Positions 15,192-24,760 of a stretch of DNA of 64,000 nucleotides are shown one piece after another. Origin of the DNA: Tubiluchus corallicola (lineage: Eukaryota > Animalia > Priapulida); assembly GCA_030141605.1 (NCBI GenBank), contig JAQGDQ010000308.1:1-64000 (forward strand). The letters run 5' to 3'. A program made the position numbers and the translations under genes. Below the pieces are notes generated by a model. It saw only the letters and a program-made list of their open reading frames with translations. It made no database searches and was not told the DNA's origin. Position 1 is the first letter of the stretch; each line of letters opens with the position of its first letter.

Positions 15192-16183
15192 TGTGACCAT
15201 GTAGTCTAAGTTCCGTTATTGTAAATATGTGGTTTGTGACTTAAGTGTAACCCTTAGGTAAAGAATAAAACACTTAGTCGAAAACACTGAGAAGAAACCA
15301 CTGAATTAATAAAATAATATAACAATTTAATGAATGTTTCAAAACACATTACGAGACAACTGTTAATAATAAAGACTAAGTCGGCTAAGAAGAGAAAGAA
15401 CAACGTAATGTTTTTCACCAGTGCAGTCTTTGCATCATCAAGCGACCATTCTCCCGCTAACCTTCCGCGCCATCTCACCACCAGGGGCCCGATCGAGGGA
15501 TGGTGCACCACAGAACGGCCGACCACACCACCTCTTGATGGATCTGACCACGTGGACGACGATGTCTCCAAACCCCGACGACTCCCTATGCACACGCCTC
15601 CACTTACACGACGCCAAAATAGGGTTGCATCCAAGTTCCCGCACTCGCCGCAAGGCAAGGACCACCAATTCCGCAATCACAGCATGGAAGCACCAACGAC
15701 AGTATCATCAAAGTCAGGTAAATACTGGTAAGTATCATCAGCAGCAGATATCATCGAAAACTGGTAAGTGATGTATCATCAGCGTCAGGAAAATATAATC
15801 AGTAACAGGTAAATATCATTGCTAGAATGCAACTATCGTCTCTGTCGTAACCAGGTAGACAGATCGCTTTTCTACAAGCAAGCACCGTTACTACTAAACC
15901 ATCATTTTATGACATGTGAACGTCCGCTTAACTCGCCAACTTAAAGCGGAATACCAGGGCGAACTGAACAGCCAAAATTTCGTCTACGTGGCTTCAATCA
16001 CAGGATATAGTAGTAATGCATAAACAGTATCACTGAATGTACAGGTGAAATCTGATTTCAGAACAGGTTGGCTTCTGTCATTATACCGTTAAACATCTTA
16101 ACTAAAGTTCTTTTATAAATGGTGGAATTATAACAGTAGGAACTAGTTACATAACCTGGCCTAAAATAAGCCTGAGCGTCACA
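15192..16183 (-). repeat. 3' LTR of Gmr1-like element
   Basis: Near-identical to 22152-23135; TG...CA termini; preceded on the minus strand by GGAGGATGCTA (PPT-like). Confidence 0.96.
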
Positions 16184-16777
16184 TAGCATCCTCCGTTACA
16201 AAAGCTTGATCCATCAAATTTTTTTACTAAAATGTGATATCAAGACTTTTAACACAATAGGTCAGGGCAATAAACTAGTTACACAAGAAATCGTGATACA
16301 TATTCATCACAATAATAGAACAAAAATAACTAATGTGAATGACAAAAAATACAATACTCAATCACAGTCTTCATCAACAAATCTTTGTGAATTCCTTCAC
16401 TCATGAAATAATTACATATCAGGTAATACAGTATTTGTTTACTCTTAAGCTTACAACACAAGGTTCAAATCTTGGTTTCAAAATAAATGAATGAAGTAAA
16501 AATAAAACACTGTATTGTTTCGAACAAAGGAGAAACACTTTTACTATTAACCAGCATAACAAGATTAAAATAATACAGTACAACACCACATCATGTTTTC
16601 CATTACCACTCCTAGATGGCATTGCGAATACATTAAACTAATTTCGCAACAAAATTCTATTACTTGTAATTCATTTCTAATGAATTGGCTTCATATAATG
16701 TAAAAGAAAATGTTTCAAACTGGTCAGAGGTGATCTTTAATCACCTAACTTGGGCTTTAGTGGTTGGAATTACCCAT

Positions 16778-17863
16778 TCATAGACGTGAAAGAGAATCTG
16801 CTACAATATTATCTTTTCCAGCAATATTCTCTACAGTAAAGTGGAATTCTTGCAAAATAAGCGCCCATGTACAAAGGCGGCGATTATTTCTCTTCATGCG
16901 TGGGAGTGCTAGCAAACTACGTTGGTCAGTTCGTACTATGAACTCATGACCTTCTAAGTAGTAAAGTAACTTAGATACAGAATACACTACTGCCAACAAC
17001 ACAATTTCCACAACACTATAATTTCGTTCACACGTAGTCAACTTTCTGCTCACATGTGTAATTGGCACCTCACCTAACTCACTCTGCACTTGTGTCAGCA
17101 CTCCACCAATACCATTAAATGAAGCATCAGTTGTTAGAACGAATTTCTGCGAAAAATCAGGTGAGTGAAGTACCGTGTCTGAGTTCAGTGCAGTGCGCAG
17201 TTCTATAAAGCTGCGTTCACACTCTTCATTCCAGTCAACATGTACAGGAGCATTTTTCTCAAGCAGTGCATACAAGGGTACCGCAATGGAACTAAACATC
17301 GGAATAAACCGTCGGTAAAAACCGATTAGACCGAGGAAAGCTCGTACTTGTCTTTTGGTCTGAGGACGAGGGGTTTCATGAATCTTTTGAATCTTCTCGA
17401 CCTGTGGGCGTAAGCGATTCTTTCCAACAACATATCCGAGACATTTGGTCTCAGTTTGGGCGAAGTTGCACTTCTTTGGTTTAAGTGCAAGACCAGCACG
17501 TCGTAGCAGGGCTAATACCAACCGAATATGTTGCAGGTGGGATTGCCAAGTGTTTGATTTAATCAAGATGTCATCAATATATCCGTGGGCATATTCCTCT
17601 GCAGCTTCTAACACCCTGTCTACCAAACTTTGACAGGTTTGTGCACTATTAACAAGGCCAAAAGGCATCACAACGAATTCGAATTTTCCGAATTCTGTAA
17701 CGAAAGCAGAGTATGCTTGGGATTCTTCGGCGAGTTTTATTTGCCAGTACGCCTTTGAAAGGTCTAATGTGGTTATCCAGAGAGCGCCATGCATGCCGTC
17801 CACGATGTCATCTACACGAGGCATGATATAGTGATTGAAAGCCGTTTGAGCATTTAAAAGCCT
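16778..17863 (-). pseudogene. Reverse transcriptase + RNase H of Gmr1-like element
   Basis: LDLSKAYWQI, MPFGL, YIDDILI, FLGLIGFYRRFI, TDAS, RTDQ..L, N.VADSLSR. In frame with the upstream ORF across a single TAA in the conserved CID(Y)RLLN motif at 17864-17866. Confidence 0.95.
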
Positions 17864-20050
17864 TTAATCTATACAGAAACGAAAACCTGATGCAGCGTCC
17901 TTTTTTGGCACAAGGACAACTGGTGAAGAAAATTCAGAATTAGATCTGCGTATCACTTGTAATTTCTGCATCTCTTCTAATTCTTTTCTGATAACCTCTC
18001 TGCGAGCATGAGGAGTTCGGTATGGCCTCTGTCTAACTGGCGTAGGATTTGTTAGAGTAATACGATATTGAACTAATTCAGTGCGACCAGGAAGATCAGT
18101 GAACATCTCTGAAAATTCTGCAAGTACTGCTGCCAACTCACTGATCTGTTTATCATTGAGATGAGAGACGTATGCTACATCATTGAGAGACTGGGTGGGT
18201 GAGGCAGAAGGCGGGAATGCATATTCAGGAAGTTTCAATGAACACTCATTTTCCTCCTGCTCGTCCACCTTCACATCACCACTACCAACTTCAGACAAAA
18301 CACTGTCTAGTGACGTTGTACTAAATTCCTCACACTTTGCAAACAAAACCATGTGCTCGTCGCGTTCAACAAATGGTTTCAACATGTTGATATGATATGT
18401 TCTTGTATCGCGTTTGCGTGCACTTTTGCCTCCTAAATGTATGTTATATGTCCAATCAGACAATTTATCAACAACTGTAAAGGGGCCACGATAGCGCTTT
18501 TGCATTTTGCTTTTACCTTCAGGCATTAAAACAAGAACTTTCTGCCCTATTTCAAGCGAGCGTTCTGAAGTGGTTTTATCATACCACTTTTTCTGTGATA
18601 TTTTAGCTTTTTGCAAAGCTTCATGGGCATCAGCAGTTGACTCTTCTACAGTGTAAATTATGCGAGTGACGTAATCATCAATTTCCTCCCACTTAGGAGC
18701 TTCTACAGAGCCCCAACGTTCCTTTAGGGCAGCCAAAGGCCCACGTACGGGAAAACCATAAACTAACTGAAATGGGGCATACCCAGTGGATTCTTGGGGT
18801 ACTTCCCGGAAAGCAAATAAAATAAACGGAATAGTTTCATCCCAGGGTAAATGTTTCTCATTTTGCATGACTTTTAAAATGCAGGATTTTAATGAGCCAT
18901 TAAATCTCTCGGTTAACCCATTCCCCTGCGGGTTGTATGGGGAAGTGAAAATTCCCTTTACACCCAAGGCCTGTTCTAAATCATGGATTAACTGTGATGT
19001 GAATTGAGTACCTCTGTCGGTTAAAATCTCACGCGGGATGCCATGTCGACATATGTATTGCAATAAAGCTTTAACAACAGTAGTGGTTTCAATATTTGGC
19101 AGCGGGTAGCAATCGGGGTACCTCGTGGCATGATCTATTATTACTAACGCGTACTTATTCCCCGAGGGTGTTCTCTTCATAGGCCCAATAATATCCATGG
19201 CTATAGTTCGAAATGCAATCGAAGGTATGGACAATGGCTTTAATTTCGCTTTATCAGAACGTTTAATTCTCGCCGTTTTCTGACATGGGACACACGAGCG
19301 ACAATATTGTATCACTGAACGTTTAACTCTAGGCCAAATACGTTCTTGTAAAACACGTTGGGTAGTTTTACGGATGCCCAGGTGACCAGCTATGTGCGCA
19401 TCATGTGCCAAAGATAAGACTGCCAAACGTCTAGACTTGGGTACAACCAAAAGTTCGCGGGGTTCAGCATCGCGCTTTTCACGTGCCAGGTAATATAAAA
19501 CCCCATATTTAATGAAGTAACCCTTTCTTTGGGCTCGAGCTGCAGTTTCTGTGACTGCGTGATCACGTAAATTGCGCAAACTAACATCATCGCGCTGTTC
19601 TTGCTGCAATTGTTCTTTACTAAGCTGTAACAGCTGCTGTTGCTGTGCTTTAGATGCAATATTTTTTTCCGCTTTTTGATTAGAGTTTAAACTACTTAGT
19701 AATTGTTTCTCGCTGTTAGCTTCTGCTTGTAGCTGCTTTGCTTTTGATCGGGTTACTGCAAAAGCTTTTTTCGAATTACCAGCTTGTTTCGCGACATTTG
19801 TATTTCCACTCACAAGCTCATGAAAATAATATGACGTATCTGAATTTTCAGGTGTGATACATTCTAAATCAACTGACTTAGGTGGTGTACTAAAACTCTG
19901 TTTAATGTTAAATGGTGTCACAGCAGTTCGGTAATCATTACCTAGCAAAAAGGGCACAGGAAGACTATCAGACACTGCCACTCTCAATCTGTCATTGACT
20001 AGCATACATTCCACCTCAACGACAGCTATACGTGTATTTTTAGCATCCAA
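17864..20050 (-). pseudogene. Integrase (HHCC + DDE + GPF motif) located upstream of RT, plus RT N-terminus
   Basis: HDAHIAGHLG...CRSCVPC zinc motif; MDIIGP, TDRGTQF, NGLTERFN catalytic core; YRGPF; then PVRQRPYR...SPVVLVPKKD...RFCID RT start. Confidence 0.95.
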
Positions 20051-20451
20051 ATTTTGGTATAATTTTCACTTTGTAGAAACTGTTCTGGACGGACATAACG
20101 TGGTTGGATCAAACTCACGCTAGCACCAGAATCTCTTATACCATCGATCCAGATACCATTAATTTTAGCTTTAAAGCTAAACTCATCAGACTCAGGCACA
20201 CACTCAGGCATAGCCGCAGGTGAACTGGTAGAGTGACTGGTATTTCCTGTCTTGGCCAAGAATTGACGACTAGGATTTCTACTCTTGCCACTAGTTTCAC
20301 CATAATTAGGGCGTTTCGGGCACTGGATCCTTTTGTGTCCAAGTTCTCCACAAGTATAACAGCGTATCTTCTTCATGACGTCATTATTCATCTTTTTTCC
20401 AGAACCATTTGAAAAAACTGCCGGCCTAGAATTTCCACGCTGTTGTTGCAT
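20026..20451 (-). pseudogene. Gag zinc knuckle + aspartic protease segment (frameshifted at both ends)
   Basis: CYTCGELGHKRIQC CCHC knuckle; GIRDSGAS protease active site. Confidence 0.9.
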
Positions 20452-20455
20452 TTGT

Positions 20456-21601
20456 TTAAGTTTTGAAGCCCCTACCTAATGCATTAGAAGCAATGTACAA
20501 ATCAGCTTTCTCTGCCACCTTTTCCATTGTCTTCTGCCCTTGCTGCCTGACCCAAATGCTCATTTCACGGGGCATTAATGTAAGGGCCTGCTCAATACAT
20601 AGCAGTTCAGAAACGTTCTCAAAGGTGGACGCTTCTTCGGCTTTCAGCCATTCTTGCAAGGCACGATCAAGCCGTACAAAAAGCTGACGGAATGTTTCAT
20701 CCGGTCTCCGAGTAATCTTGCGGAAACGCTCAAGATACATGTCATTGGAGAGGACATAGGCAGCTAACAAAGTCTTCTTTACAACATTGTAATCTTGCAT
20801 GCTGTCAAGTGGTACTTGTTGAAAAGCCTGGGCTGCTTTTCCGGATAAAGCTGGGCCCAGCGATGCAGCAAAGTGTTTCTCTTCAAGGCCATTAGCTTTA
20901 GCTACTGCTTCAAACCACTGTAAGAAAGTATGCAGATCATCGGTTCCCTCTGTAAAAACACGTGATAACTTTACACGGGGTATTCGAGATGCGGTTGTAG
21001 TAAGTATGCCATCAGATGATTGAGAAGGAGCCTGTGTCACGTGACTTGGAGATGAGGCACCCAGCTCACGAAGCCTCAACTCAAACTGATACTGCTCTTT
21101 CTGCATTCGTTCTCTGCGTTCCTCACGCTCACGTTCCCATTCTCTCTCTTCACGTTGCATACGTTCACGCCTTTCTTCACGTTCCCGTTCCCATTCACGC
21201 TCTTTCTCGCGCTCTACTAACTTTAACTTTTCAATATTGTAAAGAGATACTGAACGTTCTGTCATCTCATCATTCGCAGGTTTACCATTAATAGCAGAAT
21301 GCAAGGTAAGGTCGGCAGGAGGGGGAGTTGCTAACAGTTGATCAGACACACGTCTGCGCCCACACATCTGCGCAACAGACACAGTCGGTGTGCTTGACAC
21401 ACCTCCAACTTCTTTCGGTCTAACACTAGGTTCACCTGTCGTCACAGGGTTACCCTGTGCATTCATGATTATATCAATTATTCCGGCCTTATTTGTACCC
21501 TGTGGTAAAGTTAGCCTACGTTCAACAGTTATCTGCTTTAAGACAGGTACAGTTAGTTGCTGCAATTCACTCTCGACGTAAACGCGTGACATTCTAATCA
21601 C
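20456..21601 (-). CDS. Gag: N-terminal SAP/HeH-like helix pair, E/R coiled coil, capsid with SCAN-like C-terminal domain
   Basis: LQQLTVPVLKQI...LPQGTNKAGIIDII; (EREWEREREERRERMQ)x2; FL.WFE.VA...LSGKA...Y..VK..LL.AY; RFR...R.DETFRQL..RL....EWL...LLCIEQ.L..MP.E...WV...K....AE.AD.Y. Confidence 0.88.
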   Translation of the reverse strand: MIRMSRVYVESELQQLTVPVLKQITVERRLTLPQGTNKAGIIDIIMNAQGNPVTTGEPSVRPKEVGGVSSTPTVSVAQMCGRRRVSDQLLATPPPADLTLHSAINGKPANDEMTERSVSLYNIEKLKLVEREKEREWEREREERRERMQREEREWEREREERRERMQKEQYQFELRLRELGASSPSHVTQAPSQSSDGILTTTASRIPRVKLSRVFTEGTDDLHTFLQWFEAVAKANGLEEKHFAASLGPALSGKAAQAFQQVPLDSMQDYNVVKKTLLAAYVLSNDMYLERFRKITRRPDETFRQLFVRLDRALQEWLKAEEASTFENVSELLCIEQALTLMPREMSIWVRQQGQKTMEKVAEKADLYIASNALGRGFKT

Positions 21602-22130
21602 AGGATAATATAGGACAAATAGTAGTTACAGTGAAAAAACTTTATGCTTGCAGAATATTTATAGATCTATCATTCAACTGACCCACACTGGCTCAGCGCA
21701 TACAATCATACAAAAATACTGTATATTAGGGTAATGTGAGTGCAAGTCAAACAAAGTAGCAAACTAGGAATATACAAAATCTAGGCCAAGACTTTTGACT
21801 AGCCTGCAACGAAATAACGGTTTCACTAGCACTTAAAACGTTTACAGTGCAGTCAAGGTCAAATCGGCATTCAAGTCGGCTTACACCTGGATTTATAGCG
21901 TTTACAAAATCTGCAGGAAACCTATTTAAATAATGGACAAAACACATTCAACTGAGTAATCAATAAATTCACTCAACGGAAGATGCTATGTTCTTTCGAT
22001 ATGCTTTTGCCCAAAGATCCCCCCAGAAAATTAGCTATGTAACTAATTACCTGAAAGTAAATATCATTAAATTCTCAAAATGCCGACAAAGAATTTTATT
22101 CCTACCGAGTTACACCAAACAAAGTCAAAA

Positions 22131-22148
22131 ATCCCACTTCTGACACCA
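22131..22148 (-). promoter_or_regulatory. Primer binding site complementary to tRNA-Leu 3' end
   Basis: Minus strand TGGTGTCAGAAGTGGGAT 3 nt from the 5' LTR; plus strand ATCCCACTTCTGACACCA is the canonical metazoan tRNA-Leu 3' end with CCA. Confidence 0.9.
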
Positions 22149-22151
22149 TAA

Positions 22152-23135
22152 TGTGACGATGTAGTCTAAGTTCCGTTATTGTAAATATGTGGTTTGTGAC
22201 TTAAGTGTAACCCTTAGGTAAAGAATAAAACACTTAGTCGAAAACACTGAGAAGAAACCACTGAATTAATAAAATAATTTAATGAATGTTTCAAAACACA
22301 TTACGAGACAACTGTTAATAATAAAGACTAAGCCGGCTAAGAAGAGAAAGAACAACGTAATGTTTTTCACCAGTGCAGTCTTTGCATCATCAAGCGACCA
22401 TTCTCCCGCTAACCTTTCGCGCCCTCTCACCACCAGGGGCCCGATCGAGGGATGGTGCACCACAGAACGGCCGACCACACCACCTCTTGATGGATCTGAC
22501 CACGTGGACGAAGATGTCTCCAAACCCCGACGACTCCCTATGCACACGCCTCCACTTACACGACGCCAAAACAGGGTTGCATCCAAGTTCCCGCACTCGC
22601 CGCAAGGCAAGGACCACCAATTCCGCAATCACAGCATGGAAGCACCAACGACAGTATCATCAAAGTCAGGTAAATACTGGTAAGTATCATCAGCAGCAGA
22701 TATCATCGAAAACTGGTAAGTGATGTATCATCAGCGTCAGGAAAATATAATCAGTAACAGGTAAATATCATTGCTAGAATGCAACTATCGTCTCTGTCGT
22801 AACCAGGTAGACAGATCGCTTTTCTACAAGCAAGCACCGTTACTACTAAACCATCATTTTATGACATGTGAACGTCCGCTTAACTCGCCAACTTAAAGCG
22901 GAATACCAGGGCGAACTGAACAGCCAAAATTTCGTCTACGTGGCTTCAATCACAGGATATAGTAGTAATGCATAAACAGTATCACTGAATGTACAGGTGA
23001 AATCTGATTTCAGAACAGGTTGGCTTCTGTCATTATACCGTTAAACATCTTAACTAAAGTTCTTTTATAAATGGTGGAATTATAACAGTAGGAACTAGTT
23101 ACATAACCTGGCCTAAAATAAGCCTGAGCGTCACA
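22152..23135 (-). repeat. 5' LTR of Gmr1-like element
   Basis: TG...CA termini, adjacent to the PBS, near-identical to 15192-16183. Confidence 0.96.
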
Positions 23136-23159
23136 CACTTACTGTTCACTGCCCCCTGG

Positions 23160-23280
23160 TTACATTTTTAGTTTCAGCAGGTCGTTAACGTACGTCCTAG
23201 TCATTCGCAATTTATCTGCGTTCCACTCATACATTTTGCAGATACATAAGCCCCATTTGTTGACACACACGCGCACGCAT

Positions 23281-23327
<47 letters not shown>

Positions 23328-24070
23328 GAGCTTCCTTTGCATTCAAAAAAGAGTTCAGTAGTATACTCTACTACATGACATAGAGAACATTTCAGATCCC
23401 TTTTATATAGATTTTTAACATTTACTTTAAGATTTATCATGTTGAGCCTCATGGCCATAATAGCTTTCTTTTCATTAAATCTGCACCTTTCAACGTACAT
23501 TTGTCTTTCATTTCATTTTCATATTTTTTTCAAAAATTAGCTGATAATTCCTTTTGCTATTGAACCAATCTGTCAAGTATTTGTATTCACGAGTTTGTTT
23601 AATTTGGCCATTTTACGCTCAGTGTTAGTTCTTAATGAAATATTCCTTTTTCTGTCACATTAGTTGCCACGTATTTTTATATTCTCCATCTCTTGGAATG
23701 CTCTCTATGCTGCCCTAATCACCGTTTTTGCACTTCCTATATAATATATATATGACAGTCTACACGTTATCCACGTATGAAGGGGTACCAATCTCTAAAG
23801 CAAGGCCTAATATTGTCATTGGATGATACTGTATATCATAGTTATCCCTCACATAGCGTCGGTCTCATATTGGGGTGCCCTGCCTTACGTTTTCAATTAA
23901 TTTAATGCGTTTAGTAAATCCGACATATGTGGTAATTTTGGCCTTTGCTTCACAGTTGAGTTTATAAACTAATAAAGTATCACGAGAATTAAATCCTGAT
24001 TTCCATAATTGATAAATGCAATCCTGCGGCCATAGTTGGTCAAAGCACTTTTCAACATTGATCACCAAAT
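23160..24070 (-). mobile_element. Decayed non-LTR retrotransposon remnant (RTEX/L1-like), copy A
   Basis: RT fragment KCFDQLW...VRQGT; C-terminal RLNMINLKVN.K..Y....CSLC.....T(H)LFEC zinc-finger motif; contains a (CA)n tract at ~23263-23320. Confidence 0.65.
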
Positions 24071-24291
24071 AAGAGCTATAAATCCATACTCATCATTTTA
24101 TTATATTATTTTACTTGCTTGAGACGTTTTGTATAGAAAGGCAGTACGTAACATTTAATGAACCAACGATGAGTGAATCCACACTATGAATGGATAAGTA
24201 CAGAATTAAAAATTGTATTTCACTGTATAACTAGTTTTACCTCAGTGAATTTACAGCAGGTTCGACAACTAATAAATATAAATTTTTGTAG

Positions 24292-24760
24292 GTTTATAAA
24301 TTTATTTTAATTAGTAATTAGGGAATACAACATGAAACGGGGTGCTGAGCCATAGGTAAGAATGCTGTTCTAAATACTGTGAAAATAGGGAAAAATATAG
24401 AAGTTTTCTCGGATCATAATTCAGGAATTGCCTAATTTTTGAAAAAATGCTTACAATTTTACTGGTTTTATTAACAATATGTTGTATATGTGCTTTCCAT
24501 GAAACATTGTGATTTATTAATAAACCTAGATATTTTATTTATTCTGGGTTTACCAATCATGATATATTTAGTTTTGGAATAGTTTATAGAAAGCTGGTTG
24601 GCTCTCATCCATAGATCTATTTTAGCTAATTCAACATTAAGAAATTCTTCTAGGTGACTTATGTTAGTATCAGAACTGAAAAAGTTAGTATCATCAGCAA
24701 AAACTCTAGTATGTAATTGAGTATTTAAATGGAGATCATTTACGTTGAGTAATAAAAAAA
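24292..24760 (-). mobile_element. L2-clade LINE RT fragment, homologous to 40307-40778
   Basis: VFADDTNFF...ELAKIDLWMRANQLSINYSKTKYI; nucleotide sequence closely matches 40307-40778. Confidence 0.85.

Larger units (their letters stand above)
15192..23135 (-). mobile_element. Full-length Gmr1-like Ty3/Gypsy LTR retrotransposon (recently inactivated)
   Basis: Two ~990-bp LTRs bounded TGTGAC...GTCACA; 5-bp TSD CACTT (15187-15191, 23136-23140); PBS; purine-rich tract beside the 3' LTR; gag-PR-INT-RT-RH coding order. Confidence 0.97.
14270..24291. repeat. Segmental duplication copy A (ABCB exon 1 + upstream region), interrupted by the LTR element; partner 35750-37803
   Basis: 14270-15191 plus 23141-24291 align colinearly with ~35750-37803 (same exon 1, same upstream sequence, same LINE remnant) with scattered substitutions and small indels. 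Confidence 0.95.

Noticed and set aside
15254-15771. Overlapping 80-140 aa ORFs on both strands within each LTR
   Set aside because: GC-rich LTR interior; present twice only because the LTRs are near-identical; no recognisable domain.
16419-16622. Hydrophobic 67-aa ORF between pol and the 3' LTR (env-like?)
   Set aside because: Short, and hydrophobicity is expected from T-rich sequence; no fusion or cleavage motifs.
22131-22148. tRNA-Leu gene fragment
   Set aside because: Includes CCA and abuts the LTR, so it is the primer binding site.
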